Assembly: GCA_963799845.1 (NCBI GenBank)
Contig: CAWCYI010000006.1
Coordinates: 224,001 to 288,000, forward strand
DNA length: 64,000 nucleotides
Origin: an uncultured Nitrososphaerota archaeon
GTDB taxonomy: Archaea; Thermoproteota; Nitrososphaeria; Nitrososphaerales; CADDZS01
Reading direction: 5' to 3'
Shown: one piece after another, positions 49,699 to 59,868 of the stretch
Position numbering within the stretch: position 1 is the first letter of the stretch
Layout: each line of letters opens with the position of its first letter
Notes under the pieces: model-generated
What the model saw: the letters and a program-made list of their open reading frames with translations, nothing else
What the model was told of the DNA's origin: nothing
The model's database searches: none
Program-made: the position numbers and the translations under genes

Positions 49699-52467
49699 TT
49701 AGGATTGGCCTTCGATTTGATATAACAAAATCGCTTGAAAGTCGGGCAATACTTCGGGTTTCTTGGCAGCTCCGCCTTGAGCGAATCTTGCATCTCCTCC
49801 CCCGGAACCGCCTAGAGCCTTTGCAATCTCGCGCGCTAGAGATCCCGCTTTCACTCCTTTCTTCTGGACGTCCTCCCCGCAGAAAACGATTAACCTGACT
49901 CCAGAATTTTCTTCAAATAGGGAGAGATAAATCAAAGATGGACTGGACTTGGACAATCGGTCGCCCACTATGGTGTGATATTCAGAATCGAGCCCCTCTT
50001 CAAAGGCGGAGAGATAGTAGCCAAGACCGTTGGAAAGTTTTATGCTAAGTTGAGGTATTTCGTTGATCATGAGATCAGCCAGCTTCTTGGCTAGCTGTTT
50101 AGAAGTCCTTCTTGCAATTTCTTCGTTCTTTTGCACTCTCGAAATAGAAGCAGTTAATTTTTCGACCGGTGTTTCGAGTTTTGACGAAGCCACAGCCAAT
50201 ATTGATTCTTGGTTTTCAACAAAATTTACAGCCGCCTCGCCTGCAACATACTCCAAACGCTCGACACCGTCCTGAACTCGTTCCGATTTTACGATCTTGA
50301 TCAAACCAACGTCTCCGGTTCTGGTACAATGAGTTCCACCGCAGGCTTCAATGTCCCAGCCCTCAATGTTTACAACCCTGAGTTCGCTTACCGGCGCGGC
50401 TCCTCCCTGGTATAGACGAAAACCGTATTCTTTTTCAGCCACCGATCGAGGCATCCACTTTATCACAACTGGGAGGTTACGCCTGACCACCTCATTTGCC
50501 ATTCTTTCGATTTCAAGTGCTTGGTCTCTAGACAAATGTGCAAAATGAGTGATATCCAATCTCGCCATGTTTTCATCTTTGTAAGCTGAATGTTGCCAAA
50601 CCCACGGACCCAAGATTTTCCTTGCGGATCCGTTGACTATGTGAGTGGCAGTGTGGTGCCGCATTATAAGGGAGCGACGTCTTGAATCAACTTTACCCTC
50701 CACCCGATCTCCAACGGAAATTCGACCTGAAAGTTCGGGAACATGGTGTAGAACGACGCTCTTGATTTTGAAAACGTCATCAACAAAAAGATCATTTATT
50801 GTTCCATGATCAGGCTCTTGACCACCTGCCCTCGCGTAGAAAGCAGTCGAATCAAGAACGACATAATCGTTTGAAACAATCTCAAGAACTTTGGCGCTGA
50901 AATCAAATTGATCCCTGTTTCGGTAGAAGATCAGGTCTGTCGGAGAGCTCGTCGTTAGCTCAAATGCTTGCGCCTTTTCCCGTTCTATTGATTCAATTTC
51001 TGATTCCTTCGGATCATCCATGTGCCGGGAAGTTATCTTGCTGTAAAAATCTGGAGGTATAGTAATCTTGAGGCCGCTTGCAGTAAGGAATTCAGGCGTT
51101 ATTCCTTCGCTATCATAAAGTTGAACGAGCTCCTCAGATCCGAGTTTCGAGTTTTTCTTTCGCAGATTTTCGACTACTTTCGAAGATCTCTCTTTCGTGA
51201 TTGAATATTTTTTCTTCTCAACTTCAAGGATTGTTCTGACATCATCCTCGTGTTCCGTCAACTCGGGATATATTGGTTTGAGAAATTCGGCATGCCAACG
51301 AGCCAAATCATCAATTTCGACATCCAGATCAAGTTCGTTTATGAAATCTAGAGCTCTTCTAAGAATAACCCGAAGATTATAGCCGCCACCCACATTTCCT
51401 GGAAGCATACCGTCGGAAATTGCGAACAGGAGAGTCCTAGCATGGTCGACGATTGAATAGATACCCTGAATTTGCCGTATTTTAGACCGGAAAAGTGGTT
51501 CGGGCATCTTGAGTTGCCTTGCAAGATCTGAATAATCTTCAACGACTCCTTTGAATTGATCTATATCGAGAGAGCCAGCGAGCCGGAAGTACTCATCTAG
51601 AGAATGATCAACTTCCATACTGAGTCCATTCTCAGTCCTTAATTTGTCAAGCACCGTTCGAAAAACGGATTCATAACAATTGAATGTTCCTTGCGACAGC
51701 CAGACAAGTCGGTCAAATCCCAACCCCATGTCAATAATTTTCTCGTCGTATTCTTTGAAATTCTCAGGAGTTCCTTCGTAGGCAGTAAAAACCGCGTTAC
51801 CCAATTCAGCACCCCTTACAAAGTATTCGAGACTGTATCCGAACGCGCCAGGGCCGAGCCAGACGTCCTCCTTGAATACTATTTCCTCTTTCTTTATTCC
51901 GAATTCTGAATTGAGTAATTCAAAATCAAGATCTATGCATTTATCCTTCCAGTAACCCTTTGAATTCGCCACGGCTTGCTGGCCAACCATGCAAAATGAA
52001 GTCAGGTGTCTTCCTGTAATGCCGACATTGGCAATATCAGAAAATCGTAGACACATTTGTGGGACGACCAGAGGGTTAGCTGGAAAATCGAATACAACTT
52101 TACCCGATTCGATTCTTTGGAAATCTACAATAGAAGCAATTGTAAAATAAAGGTCAGGCCTCCACCTGCAAACCACAGGGTATCTCGGGATTGATTCATG
52201 TCCATTTTTCTTGAAGAATCTTTCAATCGTCTTCCAACCTGTAACATAATCAAAGGCTTTTGAAGTGGCGGGATTTCCCAAGAACTCGTACGGCTGGCAG
52301 GTTGGGTCACCACAAAGGACTCTATTCTGGTCGAGCGTCCAGAAGAATAAACCACATTTAGGGCATTTCTTTCTCAAGAACCCAAGTTCATCAAATAGCC
52401 GCACGCGATAATACCTGTCGGGATCGGCTGAGAATCGTTCTCGAAGTAGCTCCTTCCCTAATGGCAT
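49699..52467 (-). CDS. alaS: Alanine--tRNA ligase
   Basis: Archaeal N-terminal Zn finger, GRHLTSF, HHTATH, EACGGTH, GGSGGG; start ATG 52467. Confidence 0.96.
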   Translation of the reverse strand: MPLGKELLRERFSADPDRYYRVRLFDELGFLRKKCPKCGLFFWTLDQNRVLCGDPTCQPYEFLGNPATSKAFDYVTGWKTIERFFKKNGHESIPRYPVVCRWRPDLYFTIASIVDFQRIESGKVVFDFPANPLVVPQMCLRFSDIANVGITGRHLTSFCMVGQQAVANSKGYWKDKCIDLDFELLNSEFGIKKEEIVFKEDVWLGPGAFGYSLEYFVRGAELGNAVFTAYEGTPENFKEYDEKIIDMGLGFDRLVWLSQGTFNCYESVFRTVLDKLRTENGLSMEVDHSLDEYFRLAGSLDIDQFKGVVEDYSDLARQLKMPEPLFRSKIRQIQGIYSIVDHARTLLFAISDGMLPGNVGGGYNLRVILRRALDFINELDLDVEIDDLARWHAEFLKPIYPELTEHEDDVRTILEVEKKKYSITKERSSKVVENLRKKNSKLGSEELVQLYDSEGITPEFLTASGLKITIPPDFYSKITSRHMDDPKESEIESIEREKAQAFELTTSSPTDLIFYRNRDQFDFSAKVLEIVSNDYVVLDSTAFYARAGGQEPDHGTINDLFVDDVFKIKSVVLHHVPELSGRISVGDRVEGKVDSRRRSLIMRHHTATHIVNGSARKILGPWVWQHSAYKDENMARLDITHFAHLSRDQALEIERMANEVVRRNLPVVIKWMPRSVAEKEYGFRLYQGGAAPVSELRVVNIEGWDIEACGGTHCTRTGDVGLIKIVKSERVQDGVERLEYVAGEAAVNFVENQESILAVASSKLETPVEKLTASISRVQKNEEIARRTSKQLAKKLADLMINEIPQLSIKLSNGLGYYLSAFEEGLDSEYHTIVGDRLSKSSPSLIYLSLFEENSGVRLIVFCGEDVQKKGVKAGSLAREIAKALGGSGGGDARFAQGGAAKKPEVLPDFQAILLYQIEGQS

Positions 52468-52556
52468 TGACAGGATACCTTCGGTTATTAACTGAAAAGT
52501 TTGCACTAGTTTATTTATTGATTAAGTTCAAACTGCTTGAAAAAATTCGAGAAGGA

Positions 52557-54258
52557 CTAACCCTCGCTTTCATATTCCTCTTTCAGATCGTGTATTTGAT
52601 CCAACAGAGAATTCATTACGCTTTGCAGCCTACGCTCGTTGCTTTGCTGTAGTCTTGAGAATGTCTCTTCTTTCATCTTTCTTGAAAGAAGCTGATCATA
52701 GTTGTTCAGAATGTCTTTGACAACACGGTCAAATTCTCGATCGCTTGCAAGAACTTCGTTTAGATCGCTTTGCACAGTCACGCTTGCATCCGCTAGCTGA
52801 GCTCGCAATGTGCCAATCCTCGAATTCGTCTTTATCCTGAAATCATCAATACGAGATCTAGCGACAATGACCTCGTTTCGAGACACTGAAGTGCCCCTGG
52901 CTTTTAATTCCGAGAGTATTTCGTTCGTGTTCGAGACTTTGTCTTCAAAAGCCTTTGTCAACGAATCAAAAGTTGTTGAGGAATCTTCCTTCGACTCTTG
53001 TTTTGGTCGAAACACCACAGCTCCAACGAATACAGCAATAAACAACAACCCGGCTATTGGCAAAGCAGACCCGAAAGCTGAGGCAATTCCCACTCTATAA
53101 GTCAGAATCGAGGACCCGTGGATCTCGGTAGTATTGAACCCTTTGAGGGAAAGCTGATTTCCAGAAACTACAATCCCTGGGACGGTCGATGAGGTGATCT
53201 GATATTGGTCGAAAACAGCTTGGATAGGAGTCGTTGTGGGAATGGAAACAATATAGTTACCATTAGAATAGTTCCAGTACTGTTGCCCTAAAGGATATTG
53301 GTAAACGAGCGATGCAGAGCTGTCAGGTTGAATTGCTTGTCCCGTTGAATTTAGATCAAGAACATCGCCGCTAATCGGAATTGAAGCGAGATTGCTCAAT
53401 GGAGGTTCACTTGTTGGAACTGCAGTCAGACTTGAATCATTTGTAAGTGGCGAGTACGAAAGAGAGTAGATTGTGTTCTCTCCGAGATTACGTAAATCCA
53501 GAGTATCGGTAACTATTACTTGCCCGTTAGCGGCAACAGAAAGTCTGTCTGTTTGCGGAGGTAAAATCCAATGCTCCGGAAGAGTCTGGGGTTGAGAAGA
53601 TCTCCACCTGACCGCTTCTGACTGTATTCGAAACGTTAGGACCGCTGTAATCCCAAGTCTCAAGGGTCGCATTAGTCCCGACAGTGTGCGAAAACCCAGC
53701 CTCTTGCATTGGTGTAGGGTCAACAATGTGAGTCGTCAAATAGGGAAGTACTATCGAAGTGACGATCTTATCCAGTGGTATGCTAACTCCCGGAGAAAAA
53801 AGAATTGGAGCTGTGTAATTACCATCGGCGATTGACTGAAAAGTATTGAGCACGTAAAACCCTAAGCTAATTGATGAATTCGATCCTGGTTGCAGGCCAG
53901 GAGAAACTGAAAGTGCCATTGAGACGGTATTGTTATTCGAAATACTCGTAGATTCGGTCACCTGAACCGTGTTATTGTCAGTAATGCCGTGGAGACTCAT
54001 TGCCACGATGTGGCCAGCAAACGCCGACGGGAATACCAAGGTTACTGATGAAAGGCCCGATGTGCTGTTCGTTGTTTGATAAAGCGTCTCATTTACTTCG
54101 AATTGACCAAAAGTGTTGAATGTGACGATGTTCTTGACCCAATAACCACTCGTTGCCGTCGAAGCGGCATGAGAAGTAGAACTATTGGCAAGCATACCAA
54201 AAGCTAGGAGTGAAATAATGAAAATGAGCGCCATCAAAAACGACGCCTTGAAGCGCAA
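52557..54258 (-). CDS. Type-I membrane protein, ribophorin I-like (1-bp insertion near 53544)
   Basis: Signal peptide, Ser/Thr/Asn-rich beta ectodomain, single TM helix, charged helical C-terminus; 566 aa after repair. Confidence 0.7.
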
Positions 54259-54449
54259 AGTTATAGACTCCGGTGAAGCACTCGAACCACAAAAACCGTT
54301 TTAAAGACTTTCGGGAGAAAAGATAGATTCTCGCTATTTTTTGTGACTGTGTTGAAAATCGTCGCCGTTTAGTTTTGTTGTCACAATATCACGCGTTAAC
54401 ACTATAAAATCTGCAAACCAGAATTTTCAAATCGAAGCCTCGAGAGAAA

Positions 54450-55835
54450 TTGGTAGTACACAAATTCCTTCCCAATTCGGAAGATGAAATCACTCGTTAC
54501 ATGCTTGACAGGCTTGGTTTGAATTCTTTGGACGAACTTTTCAGTGATATTCCAGAAAATGTACGTCTTAACAGACCTCTAAAGATCCCGGATTCGATGA
54601 GTGAAATCGAATTGGAAAAGTTAGTCTCCAAAAAATTATCGCGAAACAATGCTGCGCCGGAGTTTCTAAACTTCCTTGGAGGAGGAAACTGGGTTCATCA
54701 CGTCCCATCAATAATTGACGAGATCTTGTCAAGAGGCGAGTTTTACACGGCGTATACTCCCTACCAGCCAGAAATAAGTCAGGGAATGCTTCAGGCACTT
54801 TTCGAATATCAGAGCGAAATCTGTGAGCCTACAGGGATGGAAGTTGCAAATAGCTCGATGTACGATTGGGGAAGCGCTTTAGGTGAGGCCGGAAGGATGG
54901 CACAAAGGGTCACCGGTAGAATGAAAATTCTAGCCGCTTCGAGTTCTTCTCCAGAGAGACTTGGTGTTCTAGAAACATACTGCGTACCCGCAGGAATACG
55001 GGTGTCAAGAATCAACTTTCAAAACTCCGGAACTATTGACATGAATTTGCTCAACAGACAATTGGATGACTCCATTGGTGCAGTCTATCTAGAAGTTCCG
55101 AATTTTCTTGGCGTTATTGAGGACTCTTTGAATGAAATTGCAGAGAGGTGTCATAAAAGGGGAGCTTTGTTGATTGCGGGGGTCAATCCTATCACACTTG
55201 GGGTATTGACTCCTCCTGGCGCTTATGGAGCAGATATAGTAGTTGGAGACGGACAACCTCTTGGTCTTTATCCGAATTTTGGGGGGCCGTTGATGGGAAT
55301 TTTTGCCACGAGAGATGATTCAACTTTGCTCAGGCAAATGCCTGGGAGGCTGATCGGCATGACTCGTTCGATAAACGGGGCAAGAAGAGGCTATACAATG
55401 GTGTTGCAAACTCGGGAACAGCACATTAGGCGAGAACATGCTACATCCAATATTTGCACTAATGAGGCGTTATTCGCTCTGGCTGTAAACATCTATCTTT
55501 CCGCGATGGGTCCAAATGGGATTCGAGAAATTGGTGAACGTATCTTTGGCAATTCACATTATGCCAGGAAGAGGTTTCTCGAGGAAGGTTTATCCGTACC
55601 CCATTTTAGTGGCAATTTCTTCGGCGAACTAAGCGTCAAGACGATTTCCGATTCGATTGAGCTGTCAAAAGAGCTAGCCAAACACAATATTCTGGGAGGA
55701 CTGCCACTAGGAAGATTCTATGATAATTTGCAAAACGTTTCCTTATTTTCATTCAGCGAACTGCACGGAGTGGATGACATCGAACAACTGCTTTCTACGA
55801 TCAAATCGATCGAGCAAGAAAAAGTAGGTGCTTAG
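54450..55835 (+). CDS. gcvPA: Glycine dehydrogenase (decarboxylating) subunit 1
   Basis: EFYTAYTPYQPEISQG, NSSMYD, LQTREQHIRRE.ATSNICTN. Confidence 0.96.
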   Translation: MVVHKFLPNSEDEITRYMLDRLGLNSLDELFSDIPENVRLNRPLKIPDSMSEIELEKLVSKKLSRNNAAPEFLNFLGGGNWVHHVPSIIDEILSRGEFYTAYTPYQPEISQGMLQALFEYQSEICEPTGMEVANSSMYDWGSALGEAGRMAQRVTGRMKILAASSSSPERLGVLETYCVPAGIRVSRINFQNSGTIDMNLLNRQLDDSIGAVYLEVPNFLGVIEDSLNEIAERCHKRGALLIAGVNPITLGVLTPPGAYGADIVVGDGQPLGLYPNFGGPLMGIFATRDDSTLLRQMPGRLIGMTRSINGARRGYTMVLQTREQHIRREHATSNICTNEALFALAVNIYLSAMGPNGIREIGERIFGNSHYARKRFLEEGLSVPHFSGNFFGELSVKTISDSIELSKELAKHNILGGLPLGRFYDNLQNVSLFSFSELHGVDDIEQLLSTIKSIEQEKVGA

Positions 55836-57366
55836 GAAAGGAATGGTTTTCCATCAAGCTGTCTGGGACGAGCCTCTTCTTAGTGAGCTTTCCAGAAGTG
55901 GTCGTCGAGGATATTCTCTTCCGCCTGTTGAGAAAATTGTGAGATCTCAAATTGAAAATCTGAATGAGCAGATTCCAGAAAAGATGATCCGAAACGATCT
56001 CCCGAGGTTGCCGGAAATCTCCGAACCTGAGATAATTCGTCATTTTGTAAGACTCTCTCAGATGAATTTTGCAATCGATCTAGGAATGTACCCCCTGGGC
56101 AGTTGTACAATGAAATACAATCCCAAAGTTTCCCAAAGAATCGCGCGTAATCCGAAAATGGCTATGCTTCATCCGTATCAGCATGAATCGACCGTTCAAG
56201 GAACCCTAGAGATATTCTATGAACTACAGCAAATGCTTTCGGAAATTTCCGGAATGGATTATTTTTCATTGGCACCTGCGGCGGGAGCGCAGGGCGAATA
56301 TGTAGGCGCGTTAATTATTCGCAAGTATCTCAAAGATAACAATCTTGAAGGGAAAGACGAAATGCTCGTTCCGGATTCCGCGCATGGTACCAATCCAGCA
56401 AGTGCGGCTATGGCGGGATTCAAGGTCGTGAAAATACCTTCGTCGGACGAAGGAATAGTGACTCTTGAAGCTGTAAAGAAAGTAATTTCAGACAAGACCG
56501 CAGGAATGATGTTGACCGTTCCGAGCACTCTGGGAATTTTTGAAAGAGAGATAGTTGAAGTCACCAAAATCGTGCATGAGAAAAAAGGTCTGATGTATTA
56601 CGATGGCGCCAACATGAACGCTCTACTGGGACGTGCTCGACCCGGGGATATGGGTTTCGACATAGTGCACATAAATGTCCACAAGACTTTTGCGACTCCT
56701 CATGGCGGAGGCGGTCCTGGGGCGGGGCCCGTCGGGGTAAGGTCGCACCTTCGCGAGTACCTCCCAGTACCATTAATTTCGAAAATTGGCAATGAATACA
56801 CATTGGATTACTCGGTTGCTCGAACAATCGGACATATCAAGTCATTTTACGGCAATTCTGCTGTACTTTTGAGAGCTTATTGCTACATTCTGAGCCTTGG
56901 TAGGGACGGTCTGAAGTCTGTATCAGAGCAAGCAGTGTTGGCTTCAAATTACCTACTATCGTTGCTTAACAAGGATGCCTTCAGTACTCCTTACTCGCCG
57001 AAAACTCCGCGAAAGCATGAGTTTGTGGTTAGTGCATCTCCCTTGAAAAAGAGAACAGGGATCTCAGCAGGTGATGTGGCAAAAGCGATCCTTGACTCGG
57101 GAATGCACTCCCCGACCACGTACTTTCCTCTTATTGTGGCGGAAGCTCTGATGGTAGAACCGACAGAGACAGAGTCTGTTGAAAACCTTGAGGCTTACGG
57201 GCGTGTCCTAAATGAGATCGCGACTTCGGCGTCGAGTGACAAAGAGTCTGTTATCGATTCACCAAAGAATACTTCAATCGGAAGACTGGACGAATACAGG
57301 GCTTCACATCCTACCTCTATGATTTTGAACTGGAAGAAGATTCCGAAATCGCAAAAAGGGCAGTAA
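55828..57366 (+). CDS. gcvPB: Glycine dehydrogenase (decarboxylating) subunit 2
   Basis: YPLGSCTMKYNP, SAHGTNPASA, HKTFATPHGGGGPG, EPTETES. Confidence 0.96.
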   Translation: MLRKGMVFHQAVWDEPLLSELSRSGRRGYSLPPVEKIVRSQIENLNEQIPEKMIRNDLPRLPEISEPEIIRHFVRLSQMNFAIDLGMYPLGSCTMKYNPKVSQRIARNPKMAMLHPYQHESTVQGTLEIFYELQQMLSEISGMDYFSLAPAAGAQGEYVGALIIRKYLKDNNLEGKDEMLVPDSAHGTNPASAAMAGFKVVKIPSSDEGIVTLEAVKKVISDKTAGMMLTVPSTLGIFEREIVEVTKIVHEKKGLMYYDGANMNALLGRARPGDMGFDIVHINVHKTFATPHGGGGPGAGPVGVRSHLREYLPVPLISKIGNEYTLDYSVARTIGHIKSFYGNSAVLLRAYCYILSLGRDGLKSVSEQAVLASNYLLSLLNKDAFSTPYSPKTPRKHEFVVSASPLKKRTGISAGDVAKAILDSGMHSPTTYFPLIVAEALMVEPTETESVENLEAYGRVLNEIATSASSDKESVIDSPKNTSIGRLDEYRASHPTSMILNWKKIPKSQKGQ

Positions 57367-57370
57367 TAGA

Positions 57371-57700
57371 TTGCCCTCTTCGAATAAGCGACGTCTGTTT
57401 GAATCCGTTAAGCAAAAGAGGAGAAGAATCGCATCTCAACAGATGAGAACTGCTCTTGATATAGCGAAAAGAGAGAACCAAAGCCATCCTGAACTTTCCG
57501 AAAAAACTGCCCAACTAGTCTGGAAATTATCTACCAAATTTAATGTCCGACTAGGTCGTTATAGATTGTTGTTTTGTCGTAGGTGCAAGTCATTTATCCT
57601 ACCTCCTAGAAGTTCTAGATATCGTCTAAGCAAGAAGAACCGTAGAACATTGACCGTCACTTGCCTAAAGTGCGGAAATGTATACCGAAGGCTCTTCTAG
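57371..57700 (+). CDS. rpp21: RNase P protein component 4 (Rpp21/Rpr2)
   Basis: FCRRC...TCLKCG Zn ribbon; basic; upstream of rps19e. Confidence 0.88.
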   Translation: MPSSNKRRLFESVKQKRRRIASQQMRTALDIAKRENQSHPELSEKTAQLVWKLSTKFNVRLGRYRLLFCRRCKSFILPPRSSRYRLSKKNRRTLTVTCLKCGNVYRRLF

Positions 57701-57810
57701 ACCCGATCAAGGCATCCGAAAAAATCTTATGCATGTATCGTGATTTATATAGAGCTTCAAAAAATGGTCTCTTCTACCTTAACTTTCAAAATCAGAGGTT
57801 TGTATTTGAA

Positions 57811-58266
57811 ATGACTACTGCTCACGAAGTTCCACAGGACTTGCTAATTTCTAAACTTGCTGATCACCTGAGGCATGTATCCCAAGTTACCCAGCCTCAA
57901 TGGACTGCGTACGCAAAGACTGGATCTCACGCCTCTAGGCAACCTATTGAGAAGGACTGGTGGTACGCCCGTTGCGGATCTCTTTTGAGGAAAATCTACA
58001 TTCATGGACCGATTGGAGTTTCGCAATTAGAGTCGGACTACGGCGGAAGAAAGGAAATTGGATATTATGTTGGACATCATCGCGACGCTGGTGGTTCGGC
58101 AATTAGGAAGGCGATCCAACAGCTCGAAGCCGCGGGACTGGTGGCAAAGCACGGCAGAAAAGGTCGAATCTTGACTGGAAAAGGAGTTAGTCTTCTAGAT
58201 AGGCAAAGCACCGAGATATTGAAGGAACTCGCTAAGACAAAGCCCGAACTGGCTCGATATCTGTGA
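57811..58266 (+). CDS. rps19e: 30S ribosomal protein S19e
   Basis: W..YAKTG, DWWY.R.GSLLRKIY, YGGRK, QQLE.AG; start ATG 57811. Confidence 0.96.
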   Translation: MTTAHEVPQDLLISKLADHLRHVSQVTQPQWTAYAKTGSHASRQPIEKDWWYARCGSLLRKIYIHGPIGVSQLESDYGGRKEIGYYVGHHRDAGGSAIRKAIQQLEAAGLVAKHGRKGRILTGKGVSLLDRQSTEILKELAKTKPELARYL

Positions 58267-58310
58267 ACTTTCGAGTGATTCTTTAAAATGATGCTGGGGA
58301 GCGGAATCGT

Positions 58311-58610
58311 TTGAGTGACACGCCGAAAAATCCCCAAGACAACTCTCCGGGCAGCCAACCAGTCGACCAGGAGCGACAATCCAAGGCAGCTCGGGAGCAG
58401 ATGTTGCGGCTTGTATTTACAGCAGAAGCTAGAGAGAGGTTAAATAACGTGAGAATGGTGAAGCCGGATCTTGCTGGATCCATAGAGAATCAGATCTTTC
58501 AACTCGCAAGCTCGGGTCGTTTGAGGCATCAGATTAGCGACGAGGAACTTAAACAGATGTTGGGACAGTTGCAAAGACCAAAAAAAGAATTCAAAATTAA
58601 TTGGAAGTAA
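58311..58610 (+). CDS. PDCD5-like dsDNA-binding protein
   Basis: EARERLNNVRMVKP.LA..IE, ISDEELKQML. Confidence 0.92.
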   Translation: MSDTPKNPQDNSPGSQPVDQERQSKAAREQMLRLVFTAEARERLNNVRMVKPDLAGSIENQIFQLASSGRLRHQISDEELKQMLGQLQRPKKEFKINWK

Positions 58611-58626
58611 GAAGGAGAAGGTAGTA

Positions 58627-58782
58627 TTGAGCAAAAAAACTTCAGGAGTAAAGAAACGGTTGCTTCGAGTCAGGCGACAGTCGTACCCCGTCCCTACTTG
58701 GGTGATAGCGAAAACAAAACAGAAGGTAAGAACACATCCTCAGCAGCGTCAGTGGCGTCGACAAAAGCTGAAAGTAAAGTAG
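58627..58782 (+). CDS. rpl39e: 50S ribosomal protein L39e (absent from the ORF track)
   Basis: MSKKTSGVKKRLLRVRRQSYPVPTWVIAKTKQKVRTHPQQRQWRRQKLKVK. Confidence 0.93.
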   Translation: MSKKTSGVKKRLLRVRRQSYPVPTWVIAKTKQKVRTHPQQRQWRRQKLKVK

Positions 58783-58794
58783 TGGTAAGTTGAA

Positions 58795-59253
58795 TTGTCA
58801 GATCAAGATATTGAACTCGAAAGAGTGTACACGGTTCCCTTGTCGCGAGCGTGGATAACTGCCAGGCATCGACGAACACGCAGGGCGGTAAATATCCTCA
58901 GGGAATTCGCCGAACATCATATGAAATCTTCAGAAATTAAGATAGACACCGAACTTAACGAAGAGCTTTGGAAGAGGGGAATTACTAAACCCCCCAGAAG
59001 AATAACGGTGAAAATGGAGAAAGACGAAGATGGAGTAGTCACAATCTCTCTTCCCAAGAAAGCAAAGAAGGAAACAGAGATAGCAGCCCCAATAGAGGAG
59101 CCTGTCAAGCCGGAACCAGCCGCTGAGGAGAAGACGGTTGCCCCAGTTGCTCAAGAACCCAAAACTGTCGCCCCTCCGAATGCTCCTAAAAAGCGACCGC
59201 AAAAGTCGCCAAAGAAGTCTGCCACAAAGAAGGCAAAGAAACCGAAGAACTAG
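58795..59253 (+). CDS. rpl31e: 50S ribosomal protein L31e with low-complexity C-terminal tail
   Basis: ERVYTVPL, R..RA, LNEELWKRG..KPP. Confidence 0.95.
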   Translation: MSDQDIELERVYTVPLSRAWITARHRRTRRAVNILREFAEHHMKSSEIKIDTELNEELWKRGITKPPRRITVKMEKDEDGVVTISLPKKAKKETEIAAPIEEPVKPEPAAEEKTVAPVAQEPKTVAPPNAPKKRPQKSPKKSATKKAKKPKN

Positions 59254-59259
59254 GCTTTC

Positions 59260-59779
59260 TTAGTTCTCTCGGACTCTAAACCAATTGCGGAAGAGTAAGG
59301 GCAACGGTCTCCCGTACCACTTTTCAAAAAGAGCTCGTATTTCTTCCGTGCTTTCAATCCCGGCAAGTTGGGCTTCCTCGTCAGAAAGATCGTATGCGTT
59401 TACTCGATCAGTCCGGTAAAATTTCGATCAGAATCTTTGCGGAATCGGACTTTTGTCTGAATCTGTTTTCAATTACATAATACATTCCAACCTTCGGAGA
59501 CTTGCGGTAAGTAACTTGAACCTTTCCAACAGAAATCTTCTGGATCAATTCTTTCACAAAGATAATCTGCTTAGGTTTGCCATTTGCGTACAGCGACTCA
59601 CTTTTCCAAAAACCGGGAAACTTTTGCAACGCGAGCTGGATTGCTTCATTCAATGTAAGGTCCATACCGAACTCAGCTTCGACGTCGATAACATCAAGAT
59701 TGCCAGGGGACACAGAATTCTCCCTCATCCAATCTTTCAGTTTGTCCCTAGTCTTAGAATCAGAAATACGTTTCGACAA
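59260..59779 (-). CDS. ASCH domain protein (1-bp insertion near 59423)
   Basis: GKVQVTYR; the corrected frame continues LSDEEAQLAGIESTEEIRALFEKWYG...FRNWFRV to TAA at 59260. Confidence 0.75.
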
Positions 59780-59868
59780 GTAGGAATCATCTTGAGAGTA
59801 TCTAGTTTCCTCTCGATGGCAGGACGTGTCTAGTAAAACGTTCTCTTAAGTAGATTTTCTTTAGCCGA

